Notes: generated by a model not told the origin, from the sequence alone. A DNA stretch of 34,711 nucleotides from Candidatus Moraniibacteriota bacterium (GCA_037142915.1 JBAWZR010000003.1:1-34711); one strand, 5' to 3'; positions 1 through 9,956 are shown, counted from the stretch's first letter. Made by a program: numbers and translations.

Positions 1-1
1 T

Positions 2-1555
2 ATGTCCCACAATCACCTCATCGAAGAACTGAAGAAACAGATCGAAAATTTCCAGAGTGTGGCGAAGCGCGAGGAGATCGGCACCGTGCTCGAAGTGGGC
101 GACGGGGTGGCGCGGGCGGCCGGTCTGGCCAATGTGATGTCATCGGAAATGGTCGCTTTTGAAACCGCGAGTGGCGATGAAGTTTTTGGCGTCGCTCTGA
201 ATATCGAAGAGGAGCAAGTGGGTGTGATGATCTTGGGCGATGCACGCCAGGTGAAGGAGGGAAGTGTAGTCAAGTCGACTGGGCGATTGCTCTCGATGCC
301 GGTGGGTGAGAACGTGATTGGTCGCGTGGTGAACGCACTCGGAACGGCGATTGATGGACGAGGTACGCTCGCCGTCAAGGATTTCCTCCCGATGGAAAAA
401 GTCGCTCCCGGTGTGATGACACGGCAGAGCGTGCACCAACCGCTGCAGACCGGTATCAAGGCGATCGATGCGCTCATCCCGATTGGTCGTGGTCAACGTG
501 AACTCATCATTGGCGATCGCCAGACCGGCAAGACGGCTATTGCCATCGATACGATTATCAATCAAAAGCCTGCCCAAAACGCTTCGCGTAGTGATGCGGG
601 CGGGGGTGCAAGTGACGTTATTTGTATTTATGTCGCCATTGGACAGAAGGAATCCAAAGTGGCACGTATCGTCGCCGAACTCGAGAAGGCTGGTGCGATG
701 GAATACACGAGCGTGGTGGTGGCGGGTGTGTCCGAGCCGGCGGCGTTGTCGTTCATCGCGCCCTATGCCGGGTGTACGTTGGCGGAATATTTTCTCGCGC
801 AGGGCAAAGATGTGCTCGTGGTCTATGATGATCTCTCCAAGCACGCGGCGGCGTATCGTCAGATTTCGCTCATCCTCCGTCGGCCGCCGGGTCGTGAGGC
901 TTTCCCGGGCGATGTGTTTTATCTCCACTCGCGTTTACTGGAGCGGAGTGCCAAGTTGAATGCCGAGAACGGCGGCGGTTCGATCACGGCGCTCCCGATC
1001 ATCGAGACACAAGCAGGCGATGTCTCGGCCTATATTCCGACCAATGTTATTTCGATCACCGATGGGCAGATCTATCTCGAATCAGATTTGTTTTACAAGG
1101 GTATCCGACCAGCGTTGAATGTCGGGCTCTCGGTATCGCGGGTGGGTGGTAGTGCGCAGATCAAAGCGATGAAGCAGGTGGCAGGCACACTGCGGCTCGA
1201 CCTGGCGCAATTCCGTGAACTGGAAGCCTTCGCGTCATTTGGTTCCGACCTCGATGAGAAGACGCGCCAGCAGTTGGAGCGTGGTCGCCGTGGTATCGAA
1301 GTGCTGAAACAAAATCAATACGCACCGCTCTCCGTCGAGCACGAAGTGGCCATTCTCTATGCGCTGACACGCGGTCTTCTTGATACGGTTCCGGTAGAGA
1401 AAATCACCGACTGGGAAGTGTGCTTCCACAAGTATCTCGATACGCAAGCGACCCAAGTTCTCGAAAAAATCCGCACCGAAAAAATCTTAAGTCCAGAAGT
1501 GGAGGAAATGTTGAAGAAAAGTGTTGAGAATTTCCAAAAGACGTTTGCTGTATAA
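2..1555 (+). CDS. atpA: F1Fo ATP synthase subunit alpha (with about 12-aa palindromic insertion)
   Basis: GDRQTGKT Walker [25 protein letters not shown] and [12 protein letters not shown] motifs. Confidence 0.99.
   Translation: MSHNHLIEELKKQIENFQSVAKREEIGTVLEVGDGVARAAGLANVMSSEMVAFETASGDEVFGVALNIEEEQVGVMILGDARQVKEGSVVKSTGRLLSMPVGENVIGRVVNALGTAIDGRGTLAVKDFLPMEKVAPGVMTRQSVHQPLQTGIKAIDALIPIGRGQRELIIGDRQTGKTAIAIDTIINQKPAQNASRSDAGGGASDVICIYVAIGQKESKVARIVAELEKAGAMEYTSVVVAGVSEPAALSFIAPYAGCTLAEYFLAQGKDVLVVYDDLSKHAAAYRQISLILRRPPGREAFPGDVFYLHSRLLERSAKLNAENGGGSITALPIIETQAGDVSAYIPTNVISITDGQIYLESDLFYKGIRPALNVGLSVSRVGGSAQIKAMKQVAGTLRLDLAQFRELEAFASFGSDLDEKTRQQLERGRRGIEVLKQNQYAPLSVEHEVAILYALTRGLLDTVPVEKITDWEVCFHKYLDTQATQVLEKIRTEKILSPEVEEMLKKSVENFQKTFAV
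569..604. repeat. In-frame palindromic insertion in atpA ([12 protein letters not shown])
   Basis: cctgccc/gggcggg outer stem plus cgcttcgc/gtgatgcg inner stem; exactly 12 codons between INQK and [15 protein letters not shown]. Confidence 0.7.
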
Positions 1556-1572
1556 TTTTAGTAACTGAATTT

Positions 1573-1658
1573 TGTCATCCCGCACTTGATGCGGGATCCA
1601 GGCTGTATTGAAATTAAACGCAATCGAACCTGGATCCCGGGTCAAGCCCGGGATGACA
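1573..1658. repeat. TGTCAT-tagged REP doublet (REPIN-like) between atpA and atpG
   Basis: tgtcatcccgcacttgatgcgggatccagg (1573-1602) and its inverted partner cctggatcccgggtcaagcccgggatgaca (1629-1658); each half is itself palindromic. Confidence 0.9.
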
Positions 1659-1673
1659 TACAAAAGGTCAACT

Positions 1674-2570
1674 ATGCCATCGACGAAAGAAATGAAAAGC
1701 CGAATCAAGGGAGTGAAGTCCACCGGGAAAATCACCCGGGCGATGGAGATGATTTCGGCTGTCAAAATGCGCAAGGCAGTAGCACAAGCCCTGGCGATGC
1801 GACCCTATGCCGAGAACGCGCTTGGGATATTCGAGCAGCTCACGGAGAAATTGTCGGGCGAAGTACACCCGCTCTTGACGGTACGCCCGATCACGCGAGA
1901 GCTCTATGTTGTGATTGGTAGTCATCGCGGTTTATGCGGGGCCTTCAATACGCAGATTGGTCGGAAACTACGAGCGTTGTTGGTCGAAGATGCGCAGGCG
2001 AATCGTGAGCCAGTGTTCGTGGCGGTGGGGCGCAAGGCCGAGATGATTACCCGACGGCAAGCAGGGACAATCTTGGCTTCGTTTCCTGAAGCGGTACTTA
2101 CACCGACGATTGAAAATGTCCGACCAATTGCCAGGCTGATTCAAGAGGAATTTACGAGTGGGCGAATTGATCGGGTGGTAGTGGTATATACGCACTTCAT
2201 GTCAGCCTTGCGTCAGGATGTGAAAGTCTGGGCGTTGCTCCCAGCAGCAGTGAAAGACACCGAAAAAGCTTTTGCTTCACACGCACAGGCGGAGCAGCAA
2301 GGAGTGAATGCTGAGTATATTATAGAGCCGGAAGCGGAGAAAGTTTTGAATCGATTGATCCCGCACCTGATCGAGATCGAATTGTTGGACGCGATCCTGG
2401 AATCGAATGCGAGTCAGGAGGCGGCGCGAATGGTGGCGATGCGCAATGCGAGTGATGCCGCTCGGGATATGGTGGAGGATCTCACTCTTGCGTACAACCA
2501 ACTCCGCCAGGCCAAGGTCACGCAGGAAATAGCTGAACTCTCGGCTGGTATGGCCGCGGTCAGTGGGTAA
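1674..2570 (+). CDS. atpG: F1Fo ATP synthase subunit gamma
   Basis: KITRAMEMIS, RGLCGAFN, ARMVAMRNASD and YNQLRQAKVTQEIAEL motifs; start moved to ATG 1674 because the upstream ORF extension is REP sequence. Confidence 0.98.
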   Translation: MPSTKEMKSRIKGVKSTGKITRAMEMISAVKMRKAVAQALAMRPYAENALGIFEQLTEKLSGEVHPLLTVRPITRELYVVIGSHRGLCGAFNTQIGRKLRALLVEDAQANREPVFVAVGRKAEMITRRQAGTILASFPEAVLTPTIENVRPIARLIQEEFTSGRIDRVVVVYTHFMSALRQDVKVWALLPAAVKDTEKAFASHAQAEQQGVNAEYIIEPEAEKVLNRLIPHLIEIELLDAILESNASQEAARMVAMRNASDAARDMVEDLTLAYNQLRQAKVTQEIAELSAGMAAVSG

Positions 2571-2573
2571 ATG

Positions 2574-2624
2574 AAAAGCCTTCCAATGTGTTACGATACT
2601 TATACGTAACAGGGATTGAAAGGC
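2574..2624 (-). terminator. Intrinsic terminator of the antisense orphan gene
   Basis: On the minus strand: gcctttcaat..tgttacg / cgtaaca..attggaaggc hairpin followed by TTTT; one pair is G-U only on this strand. Confidence 0.7.
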
Positions 2625-2693
2625 GATCGGGATTTCACGGCATGCTTCGGGATTTAAGAATTTTTTCTTTGAGTCTCGAATGTGGAGTGAAAA

Positions 2694-2957
2694 TTAGATG
2701 CTTGTTCGGGCGAAGGTTTGTATCTCGATTCTTTTCAGGTCAAAGGTTATGCAATCGAGTTCCTTTCGAAATTTGATGCGAGCTTGGGACTTTATCTTGG
2801 CGATGACTGTCTTGCTAAATTTACACAGAGGCTTCCATGTTTCAATGGAGACAGTGCAAGCTTCAAATTTTTGAACTTTTTTGCTGGTTCTATTGTTGTA
2901 GAGAGTACAGCGTAAAAGCACATAAAACTTTGTGGTAACGGTCGTTTTATCGGCCAT
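2694..2957 (-). CDS. 87-aa basic hypothetical protein, antisense within the atp operon
   Basis: ORF with AGAAGAGG SD, a consensus promoter upstream and a terminator downstream. Confidence 0.7.
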   Translation of the reverse strand: MADKTTVTTKFYVLLRCTLYNNRTSKKVQKFEACTVSIETWKPLCKFSKTVIAKIKSQARIKFRKELDCITFDLKRIEIQTFARTSI

Positions 2958-3041
2958 GGTATTTTCCTCTTCTAATTTATTGTTATTGTTAAAGATTATA
3001 GGGATAGCTCTAGAAAGAACTGATGAACCCTATAACTTTAC

Positions 3042-3070
3042 ATTATACTCTCTAAATAACTATTTGTCAA
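3042..3070 (-). promoter_or_regulatory. Perfect sigma70 consensus promoter TTGACA-N17-TATAAT (minus strand)
   Basis: Reverse complement reads ttgaca aatagttatttagagag tataat. Confidence 0.85.
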
Positions 3071-3082
3071 TCATAAGCATAA

Positions 3083-4486
<1,404 letters not shown>

Positions 4487-4489
4487 GGT

Positions 4490-4930
4490 ATGAAAAAACT
4501 GACATTGAAAATCATTACCCAAGAAAAAATAGTCCTTGAGCGAGAAATCGTTCAGGCGACTTTACCGATTGAGGATGGCGAAGTGACAGTTTTGGCCGAT
4601 CATATTCCTCTCATTGGTTCTCTTCATGCGGGGGAGATTAAACTGAAGGATACCGGAGGCAAGGAAGAACTCCTTGCTGTGTCCGGTGGATTTGTAGAGT
4701 TTCATGATAATACTTTGACTTTGCTCGCTGATACGGCCGAACGGGCTGAGGAGATTGATATCGAACGAGCCGAGGCAGGAAAGAAACGTGCCGAGGAAGT
4801 GATGCAGAGCAAGGCAGACCTGTCTGAAGAGGAATACGCTCGCATTGCCGCACTGCTCGAGAAAGAATTGTCGCGGCTTCGTGTCGCTAAGAAACACTAT
4901 ACTAAAGGTGGTCTGCACATTGAATCATAA
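4490..4930 (+). CDS. atpC: F1Fo ATP synthase subunit epsilon
   Basis: GEVTVLADHIPLI, AVSGGFVEF and LADTAERAEEIDIERA motifs; follows atpD. Confidence 0.96.
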   Translation: MKKLTLKIITQEKIVLEREIVQATLPIEDGEVTVLADHIPLIGSLHAGEIKLKDTGGKEELLAVSGGFVEFHDNTLTLLADTAERAEEIDIERAEAGKKRAEEVMQSKADLSEEEYARIAALLEKELSRLRVAKKHYTKGGLHIES

Positions 4931-4933
4931 AAG

Positions 4934-4942
4934 TGTTATACT
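4934..4942 (+). promoter_or_regulatory. Extended -10 element TGTTATACT
   Basis: TGnTATACT about 30 nt upstream of the ATG at 4973. Confidence 0.55.
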
Positions 4943-4972
4943 AAAAACAGACAATATTCTTAATCAAATTTT

Positions 4973-6001
4973 ATGAATCGAGATCTTTTGGCGAAGACGG
5001 GGAAAGTAATCCTGTTTTTGTTGTGCGTCGTTATTCTCGTGGTGGTGTATGCATCGGTAGTGATAGGTCGTTGGTCATCGAATTCCTCTTTGTCATCGAT
5101 GATGGATCGTGGTGAAACTGGTATTGGCACCGGAATGATGGATGTTTCTCAGCAATTAGGAAGTCCCTTGGCTAAATCATCGGTGGCTGTGGGCATGCCA
5201 AACCCAGGTATGATGAATTCCGACCAAGTGAATGTGAGTAATGCAGGAAGCTTGTCGGCTCCGGAGAGTTTGAGAACATCGACTGATACGCCAGTTTCGA
5301 TTGATCAAAAAGTCATCAAGACCGGCAGTCTCTCCTTGCGCGTCGATAATGCCGATTGGAGTGTGGGTGAGATCACTAAGACCGTGAATGGCTTGAGTGG
5401 CTCAGTAGCATCGTCGAATTTTTCTAACAATGGTCGCGGAGCGAAAAGTGGGGTAATTACCGTGCGGGTTCCGGCGGTGAAATTTGATGAAGCTTTTACG
5501 AAGTTGAAGCAATTGGGTGGGACGGTCGTGAGTGAAGCGGTCTCGGGACAGGATGTCACGGAGCAGATGATTGATATCGAAGCGCGCATCAAGAATAAAC
5601 AGGCGGAAGAGGAGGCTTATGCAAATATTTTGAAAGTTCAGACGCAAAAAGTCGCGGATATCCTCGAAGTGACCCGGGCCTTGAGTCAGGTGCGGGGTGA
5701 GATTGAGTCGCTCCAGGGTCAGTTGAAATATCTTAACTCGCAGGCGGATATGTCGACAATTGATATCTCTTTGTCTGAAGAACCGCAGATTGGTAAAGTG
5801 GATACGACTTGGCGGCCGTTGCAGGTAGTGAAGACTTCGATCAATACACTCCTGCAAAATCTCCAAGGTCTGGTAGACTTCCTCATTCGCTTCGTCATCG
5901 TAGCGTTGCCAATCTTGCTCATTGTCTTCGGACTGCTCGGCTGGCTCCTCTGGTGGGCGGTCAAAAAGTTGGCTCGACTTTTGAATGGCAATCAGCAGTA
6001 A
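4973..6001 (+). CDS. DUF4349-like membrane protein
   Basis: N-terminal TM segment; KVIKTGSLSLRV, ITVRVPA, QDVTEQ..D.EARIKN and EIESLQGQLKYL motifs; C-terminal TM segment. Confidence 0.85.
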   Translation: MNRDLLAKTGKVILFLLCVVILVVVYASVVIGRWSSNSSLSSMMDRGETGIGTGMMDVSQQLGSPLAKSSVAVGMPNPGMMNSDQVNVSNAGSLSAPESLRTSTDTPVSIDQKVIKTGSLSLRVDNADWSVGEITKTVNGLSGSVASSNFSNNGRGAKSGVITVRVPAVKFDEAFTKLKQLGGTVVSEAVSGQDVTEQMIDIEARIKNKQAEEEAYANILKVQTQKVADILEVTRALSQVRGEIESLQGQLKYLNSQADMSTIDISLSEEPQIGKVDTTWRPLQVVKTSINTLLQNLQGLVDFLIRFVIVALPILLIVFGLLGWLLWWAVKKLARLLNGNQQ

Positions 6002-6128
6002 GACCTGATGTTTTGTGAGTAACAAAAAGCTGGTGGCGTCTGTCATCAGTTTTTTGTCATTTTATTCAAATTTTGTCAAGATTGAAGAAAAGCCTCGCTG
6101 GGCGTAGAATGAGGCTATATTTGGTGTT

Positions 6129-6196
6129 TGTCATGCTGAACTTGTTTCAGCATCTTGAAACACAAACGCAGATCCCGAAACGAGTTCGGGATGACA
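6129..6196. repeat. TGTCAT-tagged REP doublet upstream of leuS
   Basis: tgtcatgctgaacttgtttcagcatct (6129-6155) ... agatcccgaaacgagttcgggatgaca (6170-6196). Confidence 0.85.
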
Positions 6197-6222
6197 TAAT
6201 AAGTTTATTATCTATTCCATTT

Positions 6223-8814
6223 ATGAAAACCTCGCGCTATAATCCGAAGAAAATCGAAGCCAAATGGCAGAAGTACTGGCTGAAAAACGAAACCTATCGC
6301 GCCGACCTCGATTCGAGTCGGAAGAAGTTTTACGCATTGGTGGAATTTCCGTTTCCCTCGGGGGATGGTCTGCATACTGGGCATATCCGCGGCTATACAG
6401 CGATGGACATCATCGCGCGCAAACGGCGACTCGAGGGCTACAATGTACTCTTTCCGATCGGGTGGGATGCATTTGGTCTGCCGACGGAGAACTATGCCAT
6501 CAAAACCGGACTGCACCCGGCCAAGGTCACGAAACAAAACACCGATACTTTCCGCAAGCAGCTTCGATCAGTTGGGTTGGCTTTCGATTGGTCACGCGAG
6601 ATCAATACGACCGACCCGGAATACTATCGGTGGACACAGTGGATTTTCCTGCAACTCTTCAAGAAAGGTCTGGCTTACAAGGCTAAAATGGAAATCAATT
6701 GGTGTCCGAGCTGCAAAATCGGCCTCGCCAACGAGGAGGCTCAGGGTGGCGTGTGCGAGCGGTGCGGCGGCCCGATCGAGAAACGGGAGAAGGAGCAATG
6801 GATGCTCGCTATCACCAAGTACGCCGACCGCCTCGACCAAGATCTCGACACTGTGGATTATTGGGAGAAGATCAAAATCCAACAACGCAATTGGATCGGC
6901 CGGAGCGAAGGAATGATCGTAAAGTTTTCTGTCATTGCGAGCGAAGCGCGGCAATCTCCTAATGATGAGGGGATTGCCACGGTCTCCGCCAGTGGGCGGA
7001 TCCCTCGCAATGACAGTTTCTTAGAAGTCTTCACCACGCGGGTCGATACGATTTATGGCTGTACGTATGTGGTGGTCGCACCGGAGCATGAGATTCTCAA
7101 GAATAAAGAATTGGGAATTACCAATCAAGCAGAAATTCAAAAATATATAGACACAGTCAAAAAAATCACTGAGCAAGACCGGCTGGATGCGACCAAAGAA
7201 AAAACCGGCGTGAAGATTGAGGGTATCGAGGCAATTAATCCTTTCGCGGGCGAATCTGTGCCGATCTTTGTGGCGGATTATGTCCTCGGCAATTACGGTA
7301 CCGGCGCGGTGATGGCCGTCCCTGCGCACGACGAACGAGATCTCGCCTTCGCAAAGAAGTATGAGTTGCCGATAAAAATTTCCATTCAAGGAAATAATTT
7401 TAATGACGAAGGATGTTTTACAGAAGATGGTGTACTTGTAAATTCTGGTGAGTTTTCAGACTTGAAATCAGAAGAAGCTCGAGAGAAAATGGTCGCGTGG
7501 TTGGAGGAACGAGACCTAGGAAAAAAGCAGGTCAATTTCAAATTACGCGATTGGGTGTTTTCTCGTCAGCGTTATTGGGGCGAGCCGATTCCGATGGTTT
7601 TCTGTCCCTCCTGTGCTAAGGCTACGGCGGGCGAGGAAAATTCTGGTTGGGTGCCGTTGCCGGAGAGTGAGTTGCCACTTAAGCTGCCGAAAGTGAAAAG
7701 TTATATCCCGACTGATACGGGCGAATCTCCACTGGCCGTGATGAAAAAATGGGTGAACACGAAGTGCCCCGTATGCGGGGGTAAGGCGACGCGCGAGACG
7801 GACACGATGCCCAACTGGGCGGGATCATCGTGGTATTATTTGCGTTATACCGACCCGAAAAATGCTGAAGCGTTGGCAAGTCAAGAAGCACTGAAATATT
7901 GGATGGGATGTCGTACTGAATCTTCTCCGGCTCGCCCCGCGGCGCAGCTTTGCGGGGTAGATTGGTATAACGGTGGGATGGAACACACGACTTTGCATTT
8001 ACTGTACTCGCGATTCTGGCACAAGTTCCTTTTTGACATTGGCGTGGTGCCGACGAGCGAGCCATATATGAAACGCACGAGTCATGGGTTGATCCTCGCC
8101 GAGGGTGGTGTGAAAATGAGCAAGTCCAAGGGTAACGTGGTTAATCCGGATAGCGTGGTACGAGACTTCGGCGCCGATACGCTCCGCGTGTACGAGATGT
8201 TTATGGGGCCGTTCGACCAGCCGGTAGCATGGAGTATGGAGAGTATTTCCGGTTCGCGACGGTTTCTCGAGAAGGTGTGGAAATTGCAGGGAAAAGTAGT
8301 TGATGGCGCTCCCCTCGGACAGCTTGCCCGTCCGGTAGGCGGGGGGAGCGAGAAATGCGAAATGCTATTACACCAAACAATTAAGAAAGTCTCTGAAGAT
8401 ATAGAAGCGATGCGATTTAACACGGCCATCAGTAGTCTCATGATTCTCGTGAATGAATGGGAGAAAGAAGAAATGGTTGAGAGAGAAATGTATGAAAAAT
8501 TTTTAATTCTCTTGAGTCCGTTCGCGCCACATATCGCAGAAGAGTTGTGGCAAGTACTGGGCAATGAAGATTCTCTTTTTACCGCGCAGTGGCCGGTAGC
8601 TAATGAGAACTATCTCGTGCAAAAAACAGCAAAAATTATCGTACAGGTGAACGGAAAATTGCGAGCGAGTTTTGATATGCCGACGGATGCCAACGAGACA
8701 GATGTGAGAGCGCAAGCCGAAGCGGATGGGCGAGTAGCGATGTATCTCACAGATAAAACCATCCGCAAAGTTATTTTTGTCCCGAATCGATTGATTAATT
8801 TTGTGGTTGGTTGA
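6223..8814 (+). CDS. leuS: Leucine--tRNA ligase with multiple palindromic in-frame insertions
   Basis: FPFPSGDGLHTGH (HIGH variant), GWDAFGLP, GTGAVMAVPAHDERD, DWVFSRQRYWG and KMSKS motifs; start at ATG 6223 because the upstream extension is REP sequence. Confidence 0.99.
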   Translation: MKTSRYNPKKIEAKWQKYWLKNETYRADLDSSRKKFYALVEFPFPSGDGLHTGHIRGYTAMDIIARKRRLEGYNVLFPIGWDAFGLPTENYAIKTGLHPAKVTKQNTDTFRKQLRSVGLAFDWSREINTTDPEYYRWTQWIFLQLFKKGLAYKAKMEINWCPSCKIGLANEEAQGGVCERCGGPIEKREKEQWMLAITKYADRLDQDLDTVDYWEKIKIQQRNWIGRSEGMIVKFSVIASEARQSPNDEGIATVSASGRIPRNDSFLEVFTTRVDTIYGCTYVVVAPEHEILKNKELGITNQAEIQKYIDTVKKITEQDRLDATKEKTGVKIEGIEAINPFAGESVPIFVADYVLGNYGTGAVMAVPAHDERDLAFAKKYELPIKISIQGNNFNDEGCFTEDGVLVNSGEFSDLKSEEAREKMVAWLEERDLGKKQVNFKLRDWVFSRQRYWGEPIPMVFCPSCAKATAGEENSGWVPLPESELPLKLPKVKSYIPTDTGESPLAVMKKWVNTKCPVCGGKATRETDTMPNWAGSSWYYLRYTDPKNAEALASQEALKYWMGCRTESSPARPAAQLCGVDWYNGGMEHTTLHLLYSRFWHKFLFDIGVVPTSEPYMKRTSHGLILAEGGVKMSKSKGNVVNPDSVVRDFGADTLRVYEMFMGPFDQPVAWSMESISGSRRFLEKVWKLQGKVVDGAPLGQLARPVGGGSEKCEMLLHQTIKKVSEDIEAMRFNTAISSLMILVNEWEKEEMVEREMYEKFLILLSPFAPHIAEELWQVLGNEDSLFTAQWPVANENYLVQKTAKIIVQVNGKLRASFDMPTDANETDVRAQAEADGRVAMYLTDKTIRKVIFVPNRLINFVVG
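6929..7016. repeat. TGTCAT-tagged REP doublet inserted in frame in leuS
   Basis: ctgtcattgcgag/ctcgcaatgacag 13-bp outer stem, gcggcaatctcct/aggggattgccac inner stem, nested tccgcc-agtg-ggcgga. Confidence 0.9.
7935..7957. repeat. GC-rich palindrome within a leuS insertion
   Basis: ccccgcgg...ttgcgggg stem inside the extra peptide GCRTESSPARPAAQLCG. Confidence 0.55.
8307..8350. repeat. GC-rich palindrome within a leuS linker
   Basis: cgctcccctc/ggggggagcg 10-bp stem (one G-U); encodes APLGQLARPVGGGS. Confidence 0.65.
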
Positions 8815-8830
8815 GGGTTTGGATTTTGTA

Positions 8831-9240
8831 TTGTGTCATTCTCGCGAAGGCGGGAATCCAGGTACCACAAAACCAAGAGATAAAGAAGGTAAATTGAAAT
8901 GATATGAAAACCTGTTGCGTCTATATTCTTGCCAGTGAAAGAAATGGAACGCTCTACATTGGAGTTACATCGGATCTTCTCAGGAGAATATGGGAACATA
9001 AGAACAAAGCAACAAAAGGTTTTACTGAAACATATGGTGTGGATAAATTGGTATATTTCGAGCAGACGCAAGATATAATGAGTGCCATTCAAAGAGAAAA
9101 ACAATTGAAGAAATGGAATCGAGCATGGAAGATAAGGTTAATTGAAAAGAAGAATTCGAAGTGGAACGATCTTTATCTCGATTTAATAGAGAAGTGAATA
9201 TTGTGGAACCTGGATTCCCGCCTTCGCGGGAATGACACAA
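8831..9240 (+). mobile_element. Putative 410-bp element: GIY-YIG gene between 40-bp inverted REP-type ends
   Basis: 8831-8870 versus the reverse complement of 9201-9240: 38/40 identical; each end contains a palindrome. Confidence 0.7.
8904..9197 (+). CDS. Small stand-alone GIY-YIG nuclease family protein
   Basis: VYILAS..GTLYIGVTSDLLRRIWEHK...LVYFE...AIQREKQLKKWNRAWK motif pattern. Confidence 0.93.
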   Translation: MKTCCVYILASERNGTLYIGVTSDLLRRIWEHKNKATKGFTETYGVDKLVYFEQTQDIMSAIQREKQLKKWNRAWKIRLIEKKNSKWNDLYLDLIEK

Positions 9241-9284
9241 ATGCAAAGACAAGACTGACATAAATGAGGTAATAGATAAAATTT

Positions 9285-9956
9285 ATGCAAGGAGTGATAC
9301 TGGCGGCCGGACGTGGCACGCGAATGGAAAACCTAACGGATGAGGTGCCGAAGCCGATGCTCCCCGTGCATGGGAAGCCGATTTTGGCACACAAACTCGA
9401 GCATCTACCGGAGGAGATAGACGAGGTGATCTTTATCGTGGGATACAGGGCGGAAGTGATTCAAAATTATTTCGGTGAGGAGTGGGGCGGGCGGAAAATC
9501 CGGTATGCGTTTCAAGAAGAATTAAATGGAACAGCGGGTGCGATCCACCTTGTGAAGGATCTTGTGCGAGGGAATTTCCTCGTAATGATGGGCGATGACT
9601 TTTATGCGAAGGATGACTTGGAACGATTGATACAGTATCCGTTGGCAATTCTCAGTATCCACTTTGATGACGCATCAGCCTTCGGAATCCTGGCCAAGGA
9701 TGCAAATGATAATTTACTCGAAGTGGTGGAGCGACCGCACGGATTTGCGAGTGGCATGGTAAATACGGGTGCGTATATGTTGACGCCGGAATTTTTCAAG
9801 TATCCGCCGGTAAAAATATCCGAGACGGAATATGGTTTGCCTCAGACATTGGCCATGATGGCCAAAGAAACACCGGTGAAAGTAGTGGAGGCGACTCGGT
9901 GGTGTCCGATTGGCCGGTCGAATGATCTCACCACCGCAGAGCAATTCATTTTTTAA
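9285..9956 (+). CDS. Sugar-phosphate nucleotidyltransferase (GlmU N-terminal-like)
   Basis: VILAAGRGTRM..LT..VPKPMLPV, QEELNGTAGA, VMMGDD and VERP motifs; adjacent to glmS. Confidence 0.9.
   Translation: MQGVILAAGRGTRMENLTDEVPKPMLPVHGKPILAHKLEHLPEEIDEVIFIVGYRAEVIQNYFGEEWGGRKIRYAFQEELNGTAGAIHLVKDLVRGNFLVMMGDDFYAKDDLERLIQYPLAILSIHFDDASAFGILAKDANDNLLEVVERPHGFASGMVNTGAYMLTPEFFKYPPVKISETEYGLPQTLAMMAKETPVKVVEATRWCPIGRSNDLTTAEQFIF

Noticed and set aside
140-928. Long antisense ORFs, also 10898-11731, 13048-13971 and 16074-16763
   Set aside because: They are shadows of well-supported genes on the opposite strand.
1608-1673. N-terminal extension of AtpG in the ORF track
   Set aside because: It largely translates the REP doublet; the AtpG-like sequence begins at ATG 1674.
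6041-6062. Two TGTCAT hexamers after the DUF4349-like gene
   Set aside because: They are not followed by a hairpin or an inverted partner, so they were not counted as REP copies.
6073-6222. 50-aa N-terminal extension of LeuS
   Set aside because: It has a TTG start and runs through the REP doublet; LeuS similarity starts at ATG 6223.
6002-6222. T-box leader upstream of leuS
   Set aside because: No T-box consensus (TGGNACC) or specifier stem seen; the hairpins are REP sequence.
7101-7128. Weak 7-nt periodicity (gaataaa gaattgg gaattac caatcaa) in leuS
   Set aside because: Too degenerate and short to separate from chance without a genome-wide comparison.
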